Shown: positions 56,504-64,000 of the stretch, piece by piece | Layout of the letters: each line of letters begins with the position of its first letter | How positions within the stretch are numbered: position 1 is the stretch's first letter | The notes under the pieces: generated by a model | Told to the model about the DNA's origin: nothing | Databases searched by the model: none | The model's input: only the letters and a program-made list of their open reading frames with translations | Origin: Eubacteriales bacterium | GTDB taxonomy: Bacteria; Bacillota; Clostridia; Oscillospirales; CAG-272 | Assembly (NCBI GenBank): GCA_045540335.1 | Contig: JAZQHC010000037.1 | Span: 1,104-65,103 of the forward strand | Reading direction: 5' to 3' | Length of the DNA: 64,000 nt | Made by a program: the position numbers and the translations under genes

Positions 56504-57792
56504 AAACCTTAATACAAAACATTACCGTAATTTATGAAAACGGCTCGTACGACGATAAAATGTACGTTGCATACGAAAACGATCGTTTTACCTATATTGG
56601 AAAAACGGCACCCGAAGGCGTATTTGACAGAAAAATAGACGGAAACGGCAAAATGATGATCCCCGGGCTTTATAACTGCCATACCCATACACCGATGACG
56701 CATTTTCGCGGCATGGCAGAAGACCTTCCGCTTGACCGTTGGCTTAACGAGGCGATATTCCCCGCAGAGGATAAGCTTAACGGTCAGATAGCCGCACTCG
56801 GTACGACGCTTTCATGCGCAGAGATGATCGCAAGCGGCACGGTATCAATGTCGGATATGTATTTTTTCTGTACCGACCTTGCCGATGCAATAGGCAAAAC
56901 GGGTATGCGTGCCAATATCTGCAGAAGCGTTGTTGCATTTGATGAAGGTGCAGACGTTAAAAATGATCCGCGCATGGCAGAAGGGGTAGAGCTGTTTGAA
57001 AAATTCAACGATACCTTTAACGGCAGAATAAAAACGGAAATGTCCGTTCATGCTGAATATACGAATACGGCAAAATCTTGCGAATATATAGCTTATCTTG
57101 CTGAAAAATACGGCTGCGGCGTGCACGTTCATTTATCGGAAACCGAAAAAGAACACGAAGAAGCAAAGCAACGCCGCCAAATGACAGCGTGCGAATTTTT
57201 CGAAAAAACAGGTCTGTTCAACAGCAGGGCAACAGCGGCGCATTGCGTATGGCTTGAAGACGGCGACGTTGATATTCTTGCAAAGCACGGTGTTTCAGTT
57301 GCACATAACCCTATAAGCAATCTGAAGCTCGGTTCGGGCGTTGCACCGATTGAAAAGTTTGTAAATAAGGGTGTAAACGTCGTTTTGGGTACAGACGGCG
57401 CCGCATCAAATAACAGGTTAAGTATTATAAACGAAATGAATGCTGCCGCGCTGATCCATAGGGGCTTCGGCAGAAAAGCAGATTTTCCGCGTGTTGATTC
57501 AATAGTTCCAATGGCTACCGTCAACGGTGCAAAAGCACAGGGCAGGGAAAACTGCGGAAGAATAAAAGAAGGCTTCAAGGCAGATTTTGCTTTGATAGAC
57601 GTAACAAGATGTCACAATTTCCCGTCTTTTTCACCTATAAACACTTTGATATACACGGTTTATTCAACCGACGTTTGTATGACGGTGTGCGACGGCGAAA
57701 CTCTTTACGAAAACGGTGTATTTAAAACGATAGATATTGAAAAACTTACGTTTGATATGAAAAGGTATAAATCTCTGTTTGCGGAGGGTTAA
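56500..57792 (+). CDS. mtaD: amidohydrolase, 5-methylthioadenosine/S-adenosylhomocysteine deaminase-like
   Basis: NCHTHTPMT, HLSET, AHC.W and GTDGAASNN motifs. Confidence 0.8.
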   Translation: MKTLIQNITVIYENGSYDDKMYVAYENDRFTYIGKTAPEGVFDRKIDGNGKMMIPGLYNCHTHTPMTHFRGMAEDLPLDRWLNEAIFPAEDKLNGQIAALGTTLSCAEMIASGTVSMSDMYFFCTDLADAIGKTGMRANICRSVVAFDEGADVKNDPRMAEGVELFEKFNDTFNGRIKTEMSVHAEYTNTAKSCEYIAYLAEKYGCGVHVHLSETEKEHEEAKQRRQMTACEFFEKTGLFNSRATAAHCVWLEDGDVDILAKHGVSVAHNPISNLKLGSGVAPIEKFVNKGVNVVLGTDGAASNNRLSIINEMNAAALIHRGFGRKADFPRVDSIVPMATVNGAKAQGRENCGRIKEGFKADFALIDVTRCHNFPSFSPINTLIYTVYSTDVCMTVCDGETLYENGVFKTIDIEKLTFDMKRYKSLFAEG

Positions 57793-59376
57793 TTGAAAAC
57801 CGATAAAAAAAACACCCTTATTTCGGGTGTGTTCATACTTACTGCGGCTAATTTGCTTGTAAAGGTTATAGGCCTTGTTTTTAAAATACCCATTCAGCGC
57901 CTTATAGGTGACGAGGGTATGGGATACTTCAATATGGCGTATAACATTTATTCGTGGCTGTACCTCGTTTCAACGGCAGGGCTTCCCGTTGCGATATCCG
58001 TAATGGTAAGCGCGCAAAACGCAAAGGGCTATGGGAAAAACGCAAAAAAAGTGTTTTCCGTTGCCGTTGGGCTGTTTTCGATAATAGGCTTGGCGTGTGC
58101 GCTTTCAATGTTTCTTTTTTCACGCAAAATAGCAAGCGCCGTCGAAATGGAAAATGCGTATCTCTGCGCTATGGCGATTGCCCCTACGTTGTTTTTTGTG
58201 TGTATTTCCTCTGCTGTGCGCGGATATTTTCAAGGGTTTGGCAATATGGCTGTAACGGCGGTTTCGCAGGTTACGGAATCGGCAGGTAAGGTGATTTTCG
58301 GCCTTATTTTTGCAATTTACTCTATATCAAAGGGGTACCCTGTTTACGTAACTGCGGCATTTGCAATCAGCGGCGTTACCGTTGGAACGTTTCTTTCAAT
58401 GGTGTTTTGCATAATTTGTAAGTCGTTTTTCTCGCCAAAATTAACAGGCGATGGCGATATTTCAAGAAAAACCGTTTTCAAACAGCTTATATCGGTTGCT
58501 TTTCCCATAACTGTATCTTCATCTATAATAGGCCTGATAAACGTGGTAGATACGGTGATTTCGGCAAGCCGCCTGCAGGATATCGGGTATTCACAAATAC
58601 AAGCAACGGAAATATACGGAAACTATACAACGCTTGCCGTTTCGCTTTTCAATATGCCCACGGTGCTTATATACCCAATTGCCTGTGCGGTCGTTCCGCA
58701 CCTTACGAAAATATTTACCATGGGTAAAAATGCAGAAAAGGTAATTTCTTCGACGGTTAAAACCGCTTGCGTAATTTCTGCCCCGTGTGCCGTTGGCCTT
58801 GGTGTGTTATCATATAACATACTTTCGCTGCTTTTTTTAAAAAGCTCTGCCGCGCTTGCCGCGCCTATGCTTACTGCACTTGCCCCGTCGGTGTTTTTCT
58901 GTGCAATGCTTTCGGTTACAAACAGCGTTCTGCAAGCATCGTCAAATGAACGGCTTCCCATTATTTCAATGATAACCGGTATAGCGGTAAAGCTTATCTC
59001 ATCGTATATTCTTATAGGAATACCGCAAATAGGCAGGCTGGGCATTCCGCTTGGCACGTGTCTTTGCTATCTTGTAATAATAATAATGAATTTTATATTT
59101 ATGTGCAAAAAAACACACGTTTCCTTCAACGTTTTCCAAACTTTTGTAAAGCCTGCTGTCTGTGCGTCGATTTGCGGCGCCTCGGCGTATTTTTCAAATC
59201 TTGCCGTTATGAAGTTTACAGATTCGTCATTTGCGGTTTTTCTGCCGATATTTGCAGCCGTTACGGTGTATGCAGTTTGCATATTTAAAACGAAAACGGT
59301 GGATAAATACGATATTTTGTATCTGCCCAAGGGCGAAAAAATTTGTTCAATTCTTGAAAAATTTAAATTGATATAA
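57793..59376 (+). CDS. MOP-superfamily flippase (SpoVB/YabM/MurJ-like polysaccharide biosynthesis protein)
   Basis: About 14 TM segments. TTG start 4 nt after GGAGGG. Followed by mazG, as in the Bacillus yabM-yabN arrangement. Confidence 0.7.
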   Translation: MKTDKKNTLISGVFILTAANLLVKVIGLVFKIPIQRLIGDEGMGYFNMAYNIYSWLYLVSTAGLPVAISVMVSAQNAKGYGKNAKKVFSVAVGLFSIIGLACALSMFLFSRKIASAVEMENAYLCAMAIAPTLFFVCISSAVRGYFQGFGNMAVTAVSQVTESAGKVIFGLIFAIYSISKGYPVYVTAAFAISGVTVGTFLSMVFCIICKSFFSPKLTGDGDISRKTVFKQLISVAFPITVSSSIIGLINVVDTVISASRLQDIGYSQIQATEIYGNYTTLAVSLFNMPTVLIYPIACAVVPHLTKIFTMGKNAEKVISSTVKTACVISAPCAVGLGVLSYNILSLLFLKSSAALAAPMLTALAPSVFFCAMLSVTNSVLQASSNERLPIISMITGIAVKLISSYILIGIPQIGRLGIPLGTCLCYLVIIIMNFIFMCKKTHVSFNVFQTFVKPAVCASICGASAYFSNLAVMKFTDSSFAVFLPIFAAVTVYAVCIFKTKTVDKYDILYLPKGEKICSILEKFKLI

Positions 59377-59386
59377 GGAAGAAAAA

Positions 59387-60055
59387 ATGGATAAAAAAAC
59401 GGAACTTAAAAACAAAACCAATTATACCTTCGACGATCTTCTTTCTGTGTTGAAAATTTTGCGTTCTCCGGGCGGATGTCCGTGGGATGCCGAGCAAACG
59501 CACCAATCCATAAGAGGGAATTTTATTGAAGAAGTGTACGAGGCTATCGAGGGCATCGACAATAACGATGATGAAATAATGAAAGAAGAGCTTGGCGACG
59601 TTCTTTTACAGGTCGTTTTTCACGCACAGATCGCCGCTGACGACGGCAGATACAATATCCACGACGTTATCAACGGCATCTGCCGAAAATTGATAATTCG
59701 CCACCCGCACGTTTTCGGTGACGTTACAGTTGGTTCTACAGAAGAGGTGCTTTCAAATTGGAATGCCATAAAAATGCAAACGAAAGGACAAAGCACCGCG
59801 AAAGAATCTGTTGAAGGCATATCAAAATCTCTTCCCTCACTGGTAAGAAGTGAAAAAATAGCATCAAAGCTTCATAAATATGGCGCACCGTACGCCACAA
59901 AAGATGATATTATCACTTTAAGTAAAGAACTTGACGGCGAAGAAAGCGTCGGAAAATTATTGTATGCAATCACATCATATGCAAAATCTCTTGAAATTGA
60001 CGGCGAACAATCACTTTACAACGAATGTGGCCGCATTGCGGAGGATATGAAATAA
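59387..60055 (+). CDS. mazG: MazG-family nucleoside triphosphate pyrophosphohydrolase
   Basis: LRSPGGCPWDAEQTHQS, EEVYEAIE and ELGDVLLQVVFHAQIA motifs. Confidence 0.88.
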   Translation: MDKKTELKNKTNYTFDDLLSVLKILRSPGGCPWDAEQTHQSIRGNFIEEVYEAIEGIDNNDDEIMKEELGDVLLQVVFHAQIAADDGRYNIHDVINGICRKLIIRHPHVFGDVTVGSTEEVLSNWNAIKMQTKGQSTAKESVEGISKSLPSLVRSEKIASKLHKYGAPYATKDDIITLSKELDGEESVGKLLYAITSYAKSLEIDGEQSLYNECGRIAEDMK

Positions 60056-60056
60056 G

Positions 60057-61034
60057 ATGCTTTTTAGGATTTTTAATCTTATTCGCAGATGCTTTAAGGC
60101 ACTTGTTGGTTATTTTCCGGATGCTAAAAAATTCGGTTTTAAAACCGCATTTTATATGTGGAAAGAATTCGTTTTTCCCGGAAGAAAGAATAAAAATTAT
60201 ATAAATGCAGTTGCAAAATACGTCGATAAATTTCTTGAACCTCTTACGGAAAAATATAAGGCAGGCGAATGGGAAAAAAATCCTGTAAAAAAGCATGATT
60301 TTGCCGGTAAAACACCGATATTCGTTTGTTGGTGGCAGGGGGAAGAAAAAATGCCCCCCATTGTTAAAGCTTGCTATGAAAGGCTTAAAAGCAAAATACC
60401 GGAAACTGCTGTTCTTTGTCTTTTAACCGAGGATAATTATACAAGCTATGTTGATCTGCCTAAAATTGTAATTGAAAAATATAACAATAAAAATATAACT
60501 CTTGTACATTTGACAGATATTTTGAGATACGCTTTGGCGCGTACGTATGGCGGTATGTGGATAGACAGCACCGTGTTTTTAACTGACGGGTTTGAATTTG
60601 ACTTTCTTCAAAAGCCGTACTATACGCAAAGATTTAAAAGTGCCGAGGACTGCCCCGGCGAAGCTTGTATGGGCAAATGGTGCAATTTCTTCTTTTGCGG
60701 ACAAACTAATAATATGTTGTTTTCGTATGTTTACGACGCACTTATATATTGGTGGGAAAAACACGATCGTCTTATTGATTATGTACTGGTTGATTATCTT
60801 ATAAGAGCTGCATATTTTAATTTACAAAATGTAAAAGCTACTATTGATGAAATACCGCCAAATAATGAAAATATGTGGAATATGATAAGACGGCTAAATG
60901 AACCGTATGACGAGCAGCAGTTTGCAAGCCTTACCGCTTCCTGCGGCTTCTTCAAGCTTTCTTATCAAGGAAATCTGATTGAACGGTTAGCAGATGGCAG
61001 AAAAACTGTATATGCCCATATAATAGGCAAATAG
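60057..61034 (+). CDS. capsular-polysaccharide-synthesis/GT32-like glycosyltransferase
   Basis: TDILRYALARTYGGMWIDSTVF motif. Confidence 0.6.
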   Translation: MLFRIFNLIRRCFKALVGYFPDAKKFGFKTAFYMWKEFVFPGRKNKNYINAVAKYVDKFLEPLTEKYKAGEWEKNPVKKHDFAGKTPIFVCWWQGEEKMPPIVKACYERLKSKIPETAVLCLLTEDNYTSYVDLPKIVIEKYNNKNITLVHLTDILRYALARTYGGMWIDSTVFLTDGFEFDFLQKPYYTQRFKSAEDCPGEACMGKWCNFFFCGQTNNMLFSYVYDALIYWWEKHDRLIDYVLVDYLIRAAYFNLQNVKATIDEIPPNNENMWNMIRRLNEPYDEQQFASLTASCGFFKLSYQGNLIERLADGRKTVYAHIIGK

Positions 61035-61043
61035 GAGAATACA

Positions 61044-62033
61044 ATGGCTAAGGTTAGCGTGATAGTACCCGTTTATAATGCTGAAAAATATTTGTTAGAC
61101 TGTGTTAAAAGCATTCAATCACAAACACACACCGACCTTGAAATAATTCTTGTTGACGATGGAAGCCCGGATAGTTGTCCGTCTATATGCGATGCACTTG
61201 CGCAAGAGGATCAAAGAATAGTAGTTATACATAAGCAAAACGGCGGTGTTTCTTCGGCGAGAAATGCAGGACTTGATGCAATGAGCGGTGACTACGTTTG
61301 CTTTGTTGATTCTGATGATATGCTGCAGCCTGAGTTTGTATTATTTCTTTTGAAGGGTTGCGAAGAAAATAATTGTAAAATGGCATATTGCAATATGCTG
61401 CGTTTTGCCGAAACTTCGGAAATTCATGGCGTGTCACCGGTGTTTAGTGATCAAGAATCCAAGATGTTTGATACTAAATATGCGATTGAGAATTTTTTTA
61501 ACACGTGGATGTGTCCGTACGTGTGTAATAAGCTAATAAAGAGCGAATTGCTTGAAAATATCCGTTTTCCCGATGCTGCACGTGCAGAAGATCTTTATGT
61601 GGTTTTCAGCTTGCTTAAAAAAGATTTTAATATTTTCGGTATGAAGTATTGCAGGTTGTACTGTTACCGAAATACGCCCAATAGTGCGATGACTAATAAG
61701 AGCCTCGCTGTTGACGATATAAAAATCAGGCTTAACGTATTTGAATGGCTAAGAATGCTGAAGGGATGCGAACGTACAAAGTACCGATTTGCAACACAAA
61801 CTCGTGGGATTTTGATAGATATCATTCCCGTTCGTCCGAATAATGTTACGCCTGAATATAAAAATGAAATTTTGATGCTTGCGCGAAGATCCGTGAAGGA
61901 AATGTTTCTTGAAGTAAAGATGCCTTTTTATAAGCGAATACAATATTATTTATTGTATATTTCCCCAACTTCTTGGCTATTTGCAAGAAGAGTAATTCAA
62001 AAGGTATTTAAAATATCCATGTATAGAGGTTGA
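61044..62033 (+). CDS. family 2 glycosyltransferase
   Basis: VSVIVPVYNAEKYL, VDDGSPD and DSDD motifs. Confidence 0.85.
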   Translation: MAKVSVIVPVYNAEKYLLDCVKSIQSQTHTDLEIILVDDGSPDSCPSICDALAQEDQRIVVIHKQNGGVSSARNAGLDAMSGDYVCFVDSDDMLQPEFVLFLLKGCEENNCKMAYCNMLRFAETSEIHGVSPVFSDQESKMFDTKYAIENFFNTWMCPYVCNKLIKSELLENIRFPDAARAEDLYVVFSLLKKDFNIFGMKYCRLYCYRNTPNSAMTNKSLAVDDIKIRLNVFEWLRMLKGCERTKYRFATQTRGILIDIIPVRPNNVTPEYKNEILMLARRSVKEMFLEVKMPFYKRIQYYLLYISPTSWLFARRVIQKVFKISMYRG

Positions 62034-62034
62034 T

Positions 62035-63045
62035 ATGTGTAAAGTAAGTGTCTTAATGCCTGTTTATAACAGCGAAAAGTACTTGAATAAAGCTATTGAC
62101 AGCATTTTGGGACAAACCTTTGAGAACTTTGAATTTATAATAATAGACGACTGTTCTACCGATAACTCGCTTAAAATAATTGAAAGCTATACCGATAAAA
62201 GAATCAAGCTTTTGAAAAACGACGTGAATTGCGGAATATGTAAAACGCTTAACAAAGGGCTTTTGCATTGCACGGGCGAATATATTGCACGAATGGATTC
62301 TGACGATATATCATCCTGCCAAAGATTTGAAAAGCAGGTGAAATATCTTGATGAAAACCCGCACGTAGGTGTGGTCGGCTCTTCGATAACGATAATCGAC
62401 GAAAACGATCGCGAACAAAGAGTTTCGCATTTTTCGGATTCTGTTGAAAATATGCGCGTCGATATGTTTTTTGCGTGCGGCGTTGCCCACCCGTCAACGA
62501 TGATAAGAAAAGATGCGTTTGATAATGCCGGAGGATACGATCACGATTTTTCGGGCGTTGAAGACCATGAAATGTGGTGCAGAATACTTGATAAATACCA
62601 GATCGTTTCGTTGCGCGAAACACTTCTTAAATACCGCGTTCATGAAAAACAAATAACGCAAAATCCATCCCCTCAGCTGCTTGAAAAGGTTAAGGTTATG
62701 AAAAGACGGCAAGTAAAGCGCATATCCGCAGAGCTTACGGAAGATGAATTTCTTGCTTATTTTGATTCGTGCTGCGGACGGGGCAGGGTGGAATATAAAT
62801 ACGTTAGTGATCTTAATAACGCCTTTGAAAAGGTTATAAAAGCAAATTCCGTATGCAAATATTATAACGAAGATATTTTAAAATGCACCATGGCAAACAT
62901 CATAATGGGGTGGTGCAGTGCGCTGGATAAGAACGATCGCGAAACGGTAATATCAAATACGTCTTTGTTTAATAAGCGTACGTTTAAAAAGATCATGCTT
63001 GGGCGAAGCATTAAGAATGCCTTAAGACGGATCGTAAAGAAGTAA
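62035..63045 (+). CDS. family 2 glycosyltransferase
   Basis: VSVLMPVYNSEKYL, IDDCSTD and MDSDD motifs. Confidence 0.85.
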   Translation: MCKVSVLMPVYNSEKYLNKAIDSILGQTFENFEFIIIDDCSTDNSLKIIESYTDKRIKLLKNDVNCGICKTLNKGLLHCTGEYIARMDSDDISSCQRFEKQVKYLDENPHVGVVGSSITIIDENDREQRVSHFSDSVENMRVDMFFACGVAHPSTMIRKDAFDNAGGYDHDFSGVEDHEMWCRILDKYQIVSLRETLLKYRVHEKQITQNPSPQLLEKVKVMKRRQVKRISAELTEDEFLAYFDSCCGRGRVEYKYVSDLNNAFEKVIKANSVCKYYNEDILKCTMANIIMGWCSALDKNDRETVISNTSLFNKRTFKKIMLGRSIKNALRRIVKK

Positions 63046-63080
63046 AAAAGATGCGGAACGTTAACGTTCCGCATCAGTTT
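63044..63080. terminator. bidirectional intrinsic terminator (perfect 13-bp palindrome)
   Basis: GATGCGGAACGTT|AACGTTCCGCATC 63050-63075, with AAAAA before and a short T-rich tail (AGTTTGATATTT) after. Confidence 0.75.
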
Positions 63081-63085
63081 GATAT

Positions 63086-63907
63086 TTACGCTTTTTCTAC
63101 CGCATCTGCGGCTTTTTCCATATGGTCGCCTTCGAAAAGCTCGATAAGGCCCTTGTCGCATTGATTTGCAAAATCCGGGTTTATCGGTATCTGCGCCAAT
63201 ACGGGTACGCCGAGGGCGTCTGCCTCTTCATGTACGCGGCTTTTTCCGTATATCTCAATGCGTTTTTTGCAATCGGGACATTCTAAATAACTGAAGTTTT
63301 CAACAAGACCCAATATGGGTATGTTCATCATTTTTGCCATCTCTGCAGCTTTGCCCACGATAAGGGAAACAAGCTCCTGCGGGGAGGTTACTATAATTAT
63401 ACCGTCAACAGGCAGTGATTGAAAAACCGTTAACGGAACGTCACCCGTTCCCGGGGGCATATCAACAAACATAAAATCTACTTCGCCCCAAAGAACGTCA
63501 GTCCAGAATTGCTTTACCGTTCCCGCTATAACCGGGCCGCGCCAGATAACGGGCGTTCTTTCGTCTTCCAAAAGCAGGTTTAAAGACATAACTTCAATGC
63601 CGGTTTTGGTAACGAATGGGAATATATTTTCTCCATCACCGTCGCAAATGCCGTGAAGCCCAAACGATTTTGGAATAGACGGGCCTGTGATATCCGCATC
63701 CATAATGGCGGTGCGATAGCCCCTGCGTTGCATTACGGTGGCAAGCATCGAGGTAACCAAGGATTTACCTACGCCGCCCTTTCCGCTGACAACGCCGATA
63801 ACTTTTTTTACATGAGAGTGCTTGTTTTGCGGTTCGTATTGCGGCTTTTTAGAGCTGCAATTTGCAGAGCAAGACGAACAATCATGTGTGCATTCTTCGT
63901 TTGCCAT
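63086..63907 (-). CDS. Mrp/NBP35-family Fe-S cluster carrier ATPase
   Basis: N-terminal Cys-rich CTHDCSSCSANC, deviant Walker A SGKGGVGKS, and CPDC motif. Confidence 0.85.
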   Translation of the reverse strand: MANEECTHDCSSCSANCSSKKPQYEPQNKHSHVKKVIGVVSGKGGVGKSLVTSMLATVMQRRGYRTAIMDADITGPSIPKSFGLHGICDGDGENIFPFVTKTGIEVMSLNLLLEDERTPVIWRGPVIAGTVKQFWTDVLWGEVDFMFVDMPPGTGDVPLTVFQSLPVDGIIIVTSPQELVSLIVGKAAEMAKMMNIPILGLVENFSYLECPDCKKRIEIYGKSRVHEEADALGVPVLAQIPINPDFANQCDKGLIELFEGDHMEKAADAVEKA

Positions 63908-64000
63908 ATCATTTTCACTTTCTTATTACATTATTTATTCTACATTATATACCTAATTTTCACTTTATCAATGAAATTATTATATATAATTTTTAAACAT

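Noticed and set aside
1-64000. The window might contain a prophage, ICE, transposon or known defence island.
   Set aside because: No integrase, transposase, recombinase, phage structural, restriction-modification, Cas, retron RT or other defence-type protein motif was seen in any of the supplied translations.

Overview
This window reads as a chromosomal segment from a spore-forming Firmicute, probably Clostridia. That assignment is an inference from gene content: spoIIGA-sigE, cdaA-cdaR, a T-box leader, ECF transporter modules and recJ-relA-dtd-hemZ synteny. Most of it is housekeeping. This includes pyk, ispDF fused to a 2-oxoacid:ferredoxin oxidoreductase operon, ychF, one tRNA-Thr, uvrC, ptsH, rimM-trmD, plsY, cdaAR, recJ, relA, dtd, hemZ, mtaD, mazG and mrp. 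I found no CRISPR array, cas gene, transposase, integrase or recognisable defence gene. All product calls come from motifs I recognise by eye in the supplied translations, since no database search was possible. Five things stand out. (1) A canonical T-box leader, with an apparent AUC (Ile) specifier, precedes a one-polypeptide XRE-HTH + cupin + ACSM/MACS-type acyl-CoA synthetase fusion. (2) Four intergenic hairpin arrays (about 1017-1102, 1717-1839, 4008-4140, 13118-13210) string different self-complementary units on a constant 7-8 nt linker ([A/G]TGAAGC or AATGATGT). (3) A 145-bp compound palindrome lies between the convergent cgs-like gene and the ECF operon. (4) A 2300-aa cyclic beta-1,2-glucan synthase-like protein is encoded divergently from spoIIGA. 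(5) A secreted protein carries two ricin-type lectin domains plus an EEP phosphoesterase domain. Whether any of these is truly undescribed cannot be decided from the sequence alone.
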